64,000 nt of DNA, from sequence record MW057919.1; one strand, 5' to 3'. The notes under the pieces are model-generated. The model worked only from the letters and a program-made list of their open reading frames with translations. It searched no databases and was not told the DNA's origin. A program made the position numbers and the translations under genes. Below are positions 19,480 to 27,900 of this stretch, piece after piece. Each line of letters begins with the position of its first letter. Position 1 is the first letter of the stretch.

Positions 19480-19946
19480 TTAAATTAGTGATTAGTCTTT
19501 TTTATAAAATAGTTAATGAAAAGATGTCTCCCACATATAAGAAATTAGTTACATTAGATAGAAATGGATACATTTTCAATAATAAACAAGATCTGTATTC
19601 GATTAATCTTTCACTCTATCTTGAACTCATTCATTCAGTGACGAATGACTATATTGTTCAAGAAATTATAATGTGTCTAAGTTCTAAGCCACAAGCAGTG
19701 AAAGAACTATTCCTTGAAGACCTAAGTACTAATAATCAACTACATTATTCATTGTTAGCTTGTAAAATAATGAATGAGAGGAAAATCATTAATAAGAATA
19801 TTAATAAAGCGTGTGCTAAAAATATGGCTACTTTTTTAAAGGGTTATTTCCCAAGAGACTACTTCACTTGGTATAGTTGTCTCTATTTAGCCCTATCGGC
19901 TAAAAATAAAGCTGAGAATAACAAAGTATCTGTTATTAATGAGTAA
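19476..19946 (+). CDS. hypothetical protein (156 aa)
   Basis: ATGA overlap. Confidence 0.8.
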   Translation: MIKLVISLFYKIVNEKMSPTYKKLVTLDRNGYIFNNKQDLYSINLSLYLELIHSVTNDYIVQEIIMCLSSKPQAVKELFLEDLSTNNQLHYSLLACKIMNERKIINKNINKACAKNMATFLKGYFPRDYFTWYSCLYLALSAKNKAENNKVSVINE

Positions 19947-20048
19947 ATACAATACTATGTAGTAGTATTTCTATTACGTACCTTTCGAGGCATATACTCC
20001 ATGACTTATGTTGTGGGGTATATGTGTTATAATGTTTAAGAGGTTAAA

Positions 20049-20396
20049 ATGCAAAAGCAACTAAATTCTGATGATCTAGATGTTCTTGACTCCTTTAATG
20101 CAGCATGGGAAATTGTTAAGGAAGAACATACTGATCTATTCTCACGTATAGCAATGATGGCTATTAATAAGTTAACTGATGATGATATCTCAGTCAATGA
20201 TACTAAAGTAAGTATTCAACAAGTAGTTAATTTCCATGAGCGAATTCGAGATATCATTCCTAGCTCTGAGATTGTTAATCTTACGATTGTTAAAACTATC
20301 TTAGGTGAAATGAATGGTTGGTTAGAATTTGATGAACTTAATGAAGAACTATTTACAGCTTTAGGCAAAGCTTATAGCACTGTTAACTTTAATTGA
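20049..20396 (+). CDS. acidic helical hypothetical protein
   Basis: GAGG SD. Confidence 0.85.
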   Translation: MQKQLNSDDLDVLDSFNAAWEIVKEEHTDLFSRIAMMAINKLTDDDISVNDTKVSIQQVVNFHERIRDIIPSSEIVNLTIVKTILGEMNGWLEFDELNEELFTALGKAYSTVNFN

Positions 20397-20464
20397 TCAT
20401 TAATATGAAAATTAAAACAATATAAGTGAGGCATGTGCCTCACTACATAGTAGAGGACTAACAC

Positions 20465-20797
20465 ATGCAGATTCAATTAGATCCATTAATGGTTTACCAT
20501 GGTAGCACTAGATCTTTATTTAATGAAGATTCTAGTTTAAATGTTGTTGATGTAAGGGGCATTCAATTAAATGCTGAAGGGATAGCTGATAACAAAAATT
20601 ACTATTTTGATTATGGACGTAAGAAAGATGATGATGGTGAAATACTCACTATTTACGTACATGATCGAAATGTAGCTAAAGATTTTATTGTACTGTACGT
20701 TGAATTCCATTTAGGCACACATAAATTTCATACGTATGTACATCCACAATATCGGCATAAATTTCCAGTATTAGTACTGGAGTTATTATTCGTTTAA
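20465..20797 (+). CDS. hypothetical protein (110 aa)
   Basis: GAGGA SD. Confidence 0.85.
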   Translation: MQIQLDPLMVYHGSTRSLFNEDSSLNVVDVRGIQLNAEGIADNKNYYFDYGRKKDDDGEILTIYVHDRNVAKDFIVLYVEFHLGTHKFHTYVHPQYRHKFPVLVLELLFV

Positions 20798-20802
20798 TAT
20801 TA

Positions 20803-20825
20803 AGGGACTCTTAATGAGAGTCCCT
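20803..20825 (+). terminator. intrinsic terminator
   Basis: AGGGACTCT-TAATG-AGAGTCCCT + ATTTATTTT. Confidence 0.8.
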
Positions 20826-20985
20826 ATTTATTTTGCGTAAGTGTATATATGAAAAAGAAAGCATTTATTGAAACTAGTCTAAAATATTCAAACACCAAAT
20901 ATAACAAAGCGATCATCTGTAATGAAATAAAATTCAAACGGTACTAAACATACTAACCCTATGAATTAAAACGCACGGTGGTTGT

Positions 20986-21384
20986 ATGAAAATCTATGGT
21001 TCTTCTTTTCATGAGGTCACACTAGAATATGGAAAACCCTTTATACGCAATGGGGTTTTAAAACATTTACCTGATCTAGGTACACCAGACTTAGGATGGA
21101 CTGATTTTAATATCCTTGAAATTATTCCAGGACCAGGTTATATCGATAAGAATACTCTAAACTTTTATAAAGAAAGAGATTGCTTATTTCCAGCAATCGT
21201 CAGGTTTACTGTATTTGAAGAAGAGCGTAATCGTATTATATCAACAATTAATGTTGATCTGGCGAAAAAGGAATTAGAGTGGAATAAGACTGATCGTTTT
21301 TGGGAAATCGAAAACTTTGCAATTAGATTCCAATTAACTCAAAATCCTTATTCAGTTTTATGGGCATCCAATGGATCACTATAG
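20986..21384 (+). CDS. hypothetical protein (132 aa)
   Basis: GGTGG upstream. Confidence 0.8.
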   Translation: MKIYGSSFHEVTLEYGKPFIRNGVLKHLPDLGTPDLGWTDFNILEIIPGPGYIDKNTLNFYKERDCLFPAIVRFTVFEEERNRIISTINVDLAKKELEWNKTDRFWEIENFAIRFQLTQNPYSVLWASNGSL

Positions 21385-21805
21385 GTGTCATATGCTTACA
21401 ATGGTTCCGTTATACCCTGGTGTGAGAGGATATCTTGAAGACTCGGTATTTTCAAAGAATGGGATTAATGATATTGGTTATCATAAATGGCTATCCCCTA
21501 AACGAGTGGTAGGTCCAGATGGGCTAATCATTAGTGAGGTAAAGATAACTCCACGTATAGCCAGAATGGAAGGCGAAGTAATTCTTAAAGTATGGGATAA
21601 ATGGCGAAGAGCCCAGCCTAAGCTAGTTGCTACTGTGTATATTGATCCTAAAGATAATTCATACAGGGTAGAAGTAGAGCCTTTTTATGCATGTCGTCGG
21701 ATATTACTTGAAGTGGATTTATGGGCTCAAGTAATACCTGGTGACCGTGCACCATTTGTAAATGACTCTGTAGATGGTACATGGGCATCAAGAGATATTA
21801 TTTAA
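21371..21805 (+). CDS. hypothetical protein (144 aa)
   Basis: Short overlap with previous ORF. Confidence 0.75.
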   Translation: MDHYRCHMLTMVPLYPGVRGYLEDSVFSKNGINDIGYHKWLSPKRVVGPDGLIISEVKITPRIARMEGEVILKVWDKWRRAQPKLVATVYIDPKDNSYRVEVEPFYACRRILLEVDLWAQVIPGDRAPFVNDSVDGTWASRDII

Positions 21806-22119
21806 TGCTTATACCAATTAAACTTCGTAAGACATTTAAAAGACTGGGCAAAAGACATTCTAAAAGAGTGTTGGCTGCCCAGTCATCTTTTCTGCCGTTT
21901 GGTGAATTAACGTTGAGGAAGCAAAGAATGCCTAAGAAAAATAAAGAATATATTCTTGATGTTATTGATACTAATACTAAAGAACTACAGGCACAGATTA
22001 ATACGTTAAGTGAACTTGTATGTGAACAACAGAAACAAATTAGTTTATTAAACAGAACACTAGTTGAGTTACAAGATAATTTGAAAAAAAAGATAGGGAT
22101 TAAAAATGAATGTAGTTGA
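21781..22119 (+). CDS. basic coiled-coil hypothetical protein (start possibly 21805)
   Basis: C-terminal heptad pattern. Confidence 0.75.
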   Translation: MGIKRYYLMLIPIKLRKTFKRLGKRHSKRVLAAQSSFLPFGELTLRKQRMPKKNKEYILDVIDTNTKELQAQINTLSELVCEQQKQISLLNRTLVELQDNLKKKIGIKNECS

Positions 22120-22435
22120 TGAGTACCTACTTTTGACCTTATTCTGGATAGTTGTTTTATTTTCATTTATCCATGTATCGCAACGTTATAAACGAATTAA
22201 AGAAAAACGAAGAGTTGATTTTCTAGTTAAAAGAGAATTAGTATATAATTATTTCAAAGTAACAGATCCTTCTGAATTAACTAATGATTCTATAGAAAGT
22301 ATTATACTTAAATTAATTGGTGATAATTATAGAAAATTAACAGATATGCAGAAATTAGTAATTAGGGCAGCAGCAGGTCGTGGTTATATGTATAACCCTA
22401 ACAGACCAATTGGCAAACATTTGAAATATATGTGA
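22106..22435 (+). CDS. N-terminally anchored membrane protein
   Basis: Hydrophobic YLLLTLFWIVVLFSFI then basic stretch. Confidence 0.75.
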   Translation: MNVVDEYLLLTLFWIVVLFSFIHVSQRYKRIKEKRRVDFLVKRELVYNYFKVTDPSELTNDSIESIILKLIGDNYRKLTDMQKLVIRAAAGRGYMYNPNRPIGKHLKYM

Positions 22436-22444
22436 GTTATAAAA

Positions 22445-22960
22445 ATGTCAGAAAACCGCCCGTTATATATAGCTGCTATTAAAAAAGATCTTTTAAAAAC
22501 AACAGGTTTGTATAAACCTTATAATGATTCACCAATAGCTGTGGTTAGTAATGAAACCAGTAAGTGGCATGTAATGCTAAATATATTACGACATGGTTGG
22601 GAATGGATTGAAATACCTGAAGGTGAGATTAAACAACCGGAAAGTTACCATGACTATGTTATTCTAGCATTAACCACTGTATTAACTGATACTTTAGATT
22701 ATAAAAATGATCCAAACTCTGATAAATATATCAAGCAAATAATCTGTACTGATATAGCACTAAAAGTTGAATATGATAAATTAATCAATGTGCTAGAGAC
22801 AAGTAACGAGTTAGATTTAGCTGATGAATACACCTTTACTAAACAAGGTAATCTCAGAGGATATTTCCATTATGATGAGTATTATGGTTTAGATGTACTG
22901 GCATGTGCATCTTATGTGATCTGTTCACATATCGAACTAACACCTAGAAATGTTAAATAA
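22445..22960 (+). CDS. hypothetical protein (171 aa)
   Basis: Tightly packed ORF. Confidence 0.8.
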   Translation: MSENRPLYIAAIKKDLLKTTGLYKPYNDSPIAVVSNETSKWHVMLNILRHGWEWIEIPEGEIKQPESYHDYVILALTTVLTDTLDYKNDPNSDKYIKQIICTDIALKVEYDKLINVLETSNELDLADEYTFTKQGNLRGYFHYDEYYGLDVLACASYVICSHIELTPRNVK

Positions 22961-22972
22961 TAGGAACTACTG

Positions 22973-23572
22973 ATGAAAAAACGTACCGCTTATATCGATC
23001 GTGCTAAATTCCGAGATTTTCTAGCCGAGAAAAAAATTAGCGTAAGTAGCCGACAGTGGATTGAAAAGAGCCACCCAGATCATAAAGAATATTACAAGGC
23101 AATCCTAGATTACGTCGTATCTAATGTAAAATTCAAAGAAGAACGTTATATTGAAAAGGCAAATGAGGTTATTATTAATGGGTGTATTCGATATCATCTA
23201 CCCATTCACGCTCAACGTGCACTAACTGTAGTTGAAGAAGAATTCATTAATAATGCTAGTCTTCAATTTACTTATCTGAATGATAATGATACTAATATTG
23301 CCAATATTAACTTTGAAGAAGTTCTTGATGCACAAGTAACTGAGAATGAAACTGAACTAAGACAAAGTTGGGAATATGTCAATTGTGATATCAACCCATC
23401 AGAATACTTTATTGATGTTGTTGATGTACCAGAAGAACTAATTCTTCGTCTATCTGTATTCCGTTTTGTACACAGTATCAAGAAACTGGAAGTAAAAGAT
23501 AAGTTAGATCTTGCCGATGTTGTAGGTAAAGATCTAGTTATTGAAGATGGTAACGTTAAGGTTGTAGAATGA
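22973..23572 (+). CDS. hypothetical protein (199 aa)
   Basis: AGGA SD. Confidence 0.85.
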   Translation: MKKRTAYIDRAKFRDFLAEKKISVSSRQWIEKSHPDHKEYYKAILDYVVSNVKFKEERYIEKANEVIINGCIRYHLPIHAQRALTVVEEEFINNASLQFTYLNDNDTNIANINFEEVLDAQVTENETELRQSWEYVNCDINPSEYFIDVVDVPEELILRLSVFRFVHSIKKLEVKDKLDLADVVGKDLVIEDGNVKVVE

Positions 23573-23649
23573 TTTAAGGCTATTTTAGTAGCTTTATATT
23601 CTGATCTTAGCAACCTAGGTACAACGTGATGCAATGTTTAACACACGTA

Positions 23650-23994
23650 ATGAAGTTAGTGGCCGTATTAAGTACGTTGTTATACGTATCAAACCCACTA
23701 GCTGCATCGTTGGTAGTTGACGAGAATTACTGTAATGGTGTTGCACTTATAGCACATGCCACAGCAGAAGCACGTCAGCGTAAAACACCCATTTTACAAT
23801 GGGAAGAAAACCTACGATCCCTAAAAGGGTACGGCGTGAAGAACAAAGATAACGTTCTTTACAATGTTCTCCCAGCAGCAATTAAAGAGGTGCACGTTGT
23901 GTATTCACGTAGACAAAGCCCACGTGATGCATACGTTACATCATTTAAAACCTGTATGGATAACAACTACGGTAAAGCTGTGGTTGTAAAATAA
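23650..23994 (+). CDS. secreted two-Cys helical protein (start 23650 or 23626)
   Basis: Signal peptide MKLVAVLSTLLYVSNPLAA; Cys near each end. Confidence 0.7.
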   Translation: MKLVAVLSTLLYVSNPLAASLVVDENYCNGVALIAHATAEARQRKTPILQWEENLRSLKGYGVKNKDNVLYNVLPAAIKEVHVVYSRRQSPRDAYVTSFKTCMDNNYGKAVVVK

Positions 23995-23996
23995 AT

Positions 23997-24016
23997 ACCA
24001 GCCCTTCGGGGCTGGT
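23997..24016 (+). terminator. intrinsic terminator
   Basis: ACCAGCCC-TTCG-GGGCTGGT + TTATTT. Confidence 0.85.
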
Positions 24017-24029
24017 TTATTTCATCTAG

Positions 24030-24347
24030 ATGAGAATCTGTGGGTTGCAAATGTATAAAGTATTTGTTATATCAATGATAACACTAACGGCTATATCAAC
24101 ATGTGTAACTTTCATTATTAATATAAAAAATCATTATATTCACTGGATGGGTGTTTATAAGGTTAGATATGTATTAGATAAAATGCCCAATGGCATAAGT
24201 TATTTTTTCTATCAAAATGCTGTCCAAGACATTATAGATAAAGAATCATCTAAAATAACAAATCAACATATTTTTACATCTTTTATTTACGATATCAACT
24301 CATTGATTATATTAAAATGTAATAATAGGGAAACAGCAAATGAATGA
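24030..24347 (+). CDS. membrane-anchored hypothetical protein
   Basis: N-terminal TM; similar to next ORF. Confidence 0.7.
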   Translation: MRICGLQMYKVFVISMITLTAISTCVTFIINIKNHYIHWMGVYKVRYVLDKMPNGISYFFYQNAVQDIIDKESSKITNQHIFTSFIYDINSLIILKCNNRETANE

Positions 24348-24630
24348 TATCATGACAGTAATTATAGGTATTTTGTTTCTGATTATAATGATGGCTTTAA
24401 TTAACTGGGGTTATTATGCCATCAAACACACGATAAAGTGTAACAGGCTTTATAAAGAAGCACTATCAATTATTGACAATATGAGTGATGGTTTATCTGA
24501 ATACCAGTATACAGTAGCTATTGGACGTTTACGTAAAAAGGCATACTCTATCGACCATTTAACTGCTGTTAAAATGTTTGAAGCATTAGACTTAGTTATT
24601 AAAGATAAGTCAAGAAAGAAAAATAAATAA
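24340..24630 (+). CDS. membrane-anchored hypothetical protein
   Basis: N-terminal TM; IDNMSDGLSEYQY resembles LDKMPNGISYFFY of previous ORF. Confidence 0.75.
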   Translation: MNDIMTVIIGILFLIIMMALINWGYYAIKHTIKCNRLYKEALSIIDNMSDGLSEYQYTVAIGRLRKKAYSIDHLTAVKMFEALDLVIKDKSRKKNK

Positions 24631-24638
24631 GCATAAAT

Positions 24639-24660
24639 AGGAGAGCTATTTAGCTCTCCT
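24639..24660 (+). terminator. intrinsic terminator
   Basis: AGGAGAGCT-ATTT-AGCTCTCCT + TTATT. Confidence 0.85.
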
Positions 24661-24687
24661 TTATTGCATTAAATTTTTTTTGAAATC

Positions 24688-24695
24688 TATATTAC
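24688..24695 (+). promoter_or_regulatory. early promoter
   Basis: TATATTAC in a 30-bp block identical to 39827-39856. Confidence 0.85.
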
Positions 24696-24731
24696 ATATT
24701 TGGTCAAGTCATATCAAAATAGGTAGTTATA

Positions 24732-24905
24732 ATGCTAGCATTACATTCACTACTATTATTAGTTATAGTGATTTGTTATATAATTCATAAGTGGTTGTGG
24801 TATACTTTCAATATGTTTAAACTAAAAGACATTATTAAAAATAAAGACAATTTAACTAATGATGAACTATTAAAATTACTCATTGATAAAATAAAGGCAA
24901 CCTAA
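24732..24905 (+). CDS. small membrane protein (57 aa)
   Basis: AGGT SD; MLALHSLLLLVIVICYIIHKW...; TAATG coupling to next gene. Confidence 0.7.
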   Translation: MLALHSLLLLVIVICYIIHKWLWYTFNMFKLKDIIKNKDNLTNDELLKLLIDKIKAT

Positions 24906-25372
24906 TGTATCCATTCTTTACAGGTAATGAGAAAGTTACTGTAGATGTTCTTGATGATAAACATAATCTACATAGAAGTTGGACTGATTATAAACATCCC
25001 ATCACGACGCGTGTGGACGGTAAACTAACCAATGTGTGGTATAAAGTTGAACCACCGATGAGTGCTAAGGATATTGAAAATAACTTTACAATTGACAAAG
25101 ATAAAGTTAAATTATCTAATCGTTTGCACCAAGCTTTAGATGCAACGTTGATTAAAAATGAATTAGAAGAGTTTAACAAATTAATTGATCTATGCGTAAA
25201 ACATGTTAATTCAGTTAGTATTCATCTAGGTCTTACTATTTGGAAATTAGCAGATACTGTAAAATATGAAAAAGCAGATTTAAAGAAACTATTTAATGCA
25301 CATTATACCAAATCTACTGAACTTGTAAAAGAAAAGAATATAGTGCCCTCAGTAGAAGATATCTTCCTATAA
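24905..25372 (+). CDS. hypothetical protein (155 aa)
   Basis: Coupled start. Confidence 0.8.
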   Translation: MYPFFTGNEKVTVDVLDDKHNLHRSWTDYKHPITTRVDGKLTNVWYKVEPPMSAKDIENNFTIDKDKVKLSNRLHQALDATLIKNELEEFNKLIDLCVKHVNSVSIHLGLTIWKLADTVKYEKADLKKLFNAHYTKSTELVKEKNIVPSVEDIFL

Positions 25373-25394
25373 TTTATTTAAAGGTAATACAAAT

Positions 25395-26303
25395 ATGCTA
25401 AAGGTAAAATCATTACTCACTGGCCATATTCTTCGAGCTACCTATGATTGGTTTCTTGAGAATAACTTCAGAGATATTCTAATTGTAGCACATACTCAAT
25501 TAGTACCTGATTTATCTGAGGTAGCTCTAAAGCATGCGAAAGAAGATCACACTATCACTTTCAATATCCATCCACGCTGTGCAAAGAATTTTTATATCAG
25601 TGACGAATATATCTCTTTCAATGTAACAGTAAATGGAGTTGGGGTCAGTATTAAACTTCCTCTTTATGCAGTATTGGGTGTAGTTACACCTATTGATGAT
25701 AATTCTAACGCATTCTTTGAAATGCCACTAGTAGATAGATATCTCAATGCAGATACTATTCGTGCAACATTAGAAGGAACTGTTAATAATGTAGTTGACA
25801 AAAACCCAGTATTAACTACCGTAGGTAATGTCACTGAGGTTAATTTTAAAAATAAAGCCGATACCACTAATGGTAAGTTAGTTGTAAGGAATACATCTGA
25901 GAATGAGCATGATCAGATGATTGAAAGCGCCATTAACAGAGTAACTGAATTTAGTAATCCAGAATTAGATGCACATATTAGAGTAGCGGTAACTGTAATT
26001 AAACAGAATGCACCAGAATTAATTATGGATTGGTGTGAGCGGGTTATTAATTGTACACGTAATGAAAACTATCAGGATAACATCAATGTACTTATGATGG
26101 AACTCCTCAGTTACCCTATTTCAAATGTGGTTAGTGAATCAACTGTGGACTCGGGTGATAATACATCTAATTCATTTGACAATGATGTAAATAAGATGGT
26201 TGAGGATTTCAATAATTCTTCCAATTCGCAGGTTATTATTAATAAACCTTCTCGTCCTACCGGTACACCAAAACTCACTGTTATTAAAGGTGGTAAGAAA
26301 TGA
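25395..26303 (+). CDS. sspB: SspB-like ClpXP adaptor with extra domain
   Basis: HILRATYDWFLEN / ITFNIHPRC / ISFNVTVNG / KLPLYAVLG align to SspB; C-terminal PKLTVIK resembles the ClpX-binding ALRVVK. Confidence 0.8.
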   Translation: MLKVKSLLTGHILRATYDWFLENNFRDILIVAHTQLVPDLSEVALKHAKEDHTITFNIHPRCAKNFYISDEYISFNVTVNGVGVSIKLPLYAVLGVVTPIDDNSNAFFEMPLVDRYLNADTIRATLEGTVNNVVDKNPVLTTVGNVTEVNFKNKADTTNGKLVVRNTSENEHDQMIESAINRVTEFSNPELDAHIRVAVTVIKQNAPELIMDWCERVINCTRNENYQDNINVLMMELLSYPISNVVSESTVDSGDNTSNSFDNDVNKMVEDFNNSSNSQVIINKPSRPTGTPKLTVIKGGKK

Positions 26304-26557
26304 ATGCAACTTTAGCAATTCTTTTTAGTAGTATCAGTATCGCTGGTTATCAAGCCAATGGTGCATCGCAGTCAACCGCTGAGTTCTCTGACATGGCTAC
26401 TTGTTTTAGCGCGATTGAGCGCATTCAAAAACTAGCTAAAGCAAGTGCTATTCGTAATAATGTAGAGACTGTAAAAATCAGTGATGGTGTTCTATTACGT
26501 TATTTTTCTTCTAGTACTAGTAAAGTAGAACATACTCTAATCTGTGTAAATAAATAG
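26300..26557 (+). CDS. small secreted/membrane protein with two Cys
   Basis: Hydrophobic N-terminus; F-x4-5-C and terminal C as in 56151..56372. Confidence 0.7.
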   Translation: MNATLAILFSSISIAGYQANGASQSTAEFSDMATCFSAIERIQKLAKASAIRNNVETVKISDGVLLRYFSSSTSKVEHTLICVNK

Positions 26558-26565
26558 GTACGGAT

Positions 26566-27273
26566 ATGTCTGAGAAAATGTATTTATCTTTTTCTGGAAT
26601 TGGACACAATGACGTAATCAAACAAGATCTTAATGGATTCGTTCCAATGGATGTATCAACTATTGATAATGAAGTGGCTGATCGATTATTTTATACTCCA
26701 TTCAATAGTTCTGAACCAGGTACCTCATTACCTAATGTTGCTAATGTGGTATTCAAGGTATTACCTATCCATATCGAGGATAACACTATCTGTGTTTTAG
26801 ATAGTTGTTCTAGTACCGAATACTCATTGAATGACTTAGTTGATACCAGTGTCTCATCATTAGAAACATATGGCCCATTAATAGATTTACGTAGTAGTGA
26901 TCCAATTGAGACATATGCTAATCAGGCAGTGTATACTTGGTTAAATAAGAATATCTGTGATATCGAATTTGAAGTACATGGCGGGCTGCAAGTGCAACTA
27001 ACTGCTGACCAAGTGCGTTCCAATGTTAATGCATTTGTAGCAGGTATTGATCTTGACATCGACGATAAATTGATGGTATATGTGGTGATTAAAATCAATG
27101 ATCGTTTATACGATGCTTGGTCTAGTCAACATGTGGTGGAACCATTAACAATGTATCATGTGCAAGGTGGTCATGAGCCTATTGTCTATAGTGAGACCCA
27201 TATTGAAAATAGCCTATTGCGATATGCTAAAGAGAAAGGTTGGGCTGAAATTTTGACTCGTATTGGTCTGTAA
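26566..27273 (+). CDS. hypothetical protein (235 aa)
   Basis: AGGT upstream; no motif recognised. Confidence 0.85.
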   Translation: MSEKMYLSFSGIGHNDVIKQDLNGFVPMDVSTIDNEVADRLFYTPFNSSEPGTSLPNVANVVFKVLPIHIEDNTICVLDSCSSTEYSLNDLVDTSVSSLETYGPLIDLRSSDPIETYANQAVYTWLNKNICDIEFEVHGGLQVQLTADQVRSNVNAFVAGIDLDIDDKLMVYVVIKINDRLYDAWSSQHVVEPLTMYHVQGGHEPIVYSETHIENSLLRYAKEKGWAEILTRIGL

Positions 27274-27337
27274 TAAAAATACTTCTTATAGACTAATAAT
27301 ATAGGTAAGATACTAGCCGATTGGTTAGTTGCGCTTA

Positions 27338-27357
27338 GGGAGTCCTTCGGGACTCCC
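27338..27357 (+). other. stable UUCG hairpin without T-tract
   Basis: GGGAGTCC-TTCG-GGACTCCC just 5' of an SD; stabiliser/processing site or weak terminator. Confidence 0.5.
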
Positions 27358-27378
27358 GTATATCGTCTAGGAGGTTTT

Positions 27379-27672
27379 ATGTATACAGTTACACTTGAAC
27401 AAGTAGGACACCGTATACCGTCTAGTTTAAGTGCTTTTGTAATTAGACCGTTTGAAAATACCATTACGCATAATGATACGTCTTATTACTTGATCATGGG
27501 TAAAGATGATTTCGATAACATGCACATGGAATGGCGAGATGTAGCTGTAGTTGATAGTCAAGCCGTTATAGTTGCTACATACACTCCATCGAAAAACTCA
27601 TTTAATCTTGTAAAAAATGAATTAGGTATTCCAGTTAATATCAAATACAAACGGATAGAGGTTGATCTATGA
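27379..27672 (+). CDS. hypothetical protein (97 aa)
   Basis: AGGAGG SD. Confidence 0.85.
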   Translation: MYTVTLEQVGHRIPSSLSAFVIRPFENTITHNDTSYYLIMGKDDFDNMHMEWRDVAVVDSQAVIVATYTPSKNSFNLVKNELGIPVNIKYKRIEVDL

Positions 27673-27699
27673 TTACCAGTAAGGTTAGAGGAATGAAGT

Positions 27700-27900
27700 A
27701 TGGATCGTCTTGATGAAAGAATCGCATTCAGTGTAAAGTCGTACAAAATTTTCAATGCTCTCTCCCATGGCCGAGTTCGGGCATTGATTATTAACTTTAA
27801 AGATGGTAAGGGTACGATCGTATCTATTAGTGATGAGCGCCGCCATGATAAACATCTCTGGTTCAACTGTGGACTAGTAGACAATCCGAGGATCAAGTAA
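27700..27900 (+). CDS. hypothetical protein (66 aa)
   Basis: GAGGA upstream; TAATG coupling to thyA. Confidence 0.75.
   Translation: MDRLDERIAFSVKSYKIFNALSHGRVRALIINFKDGKGTIVSISDERRHDKHLWFNCGLVDNPRIK

Noticed and set aside
20465-20797. YHGS motif as a third ART
   Set aside because: Lacks the downstream strand and E-W motifs seen in the 52969/53512 pair
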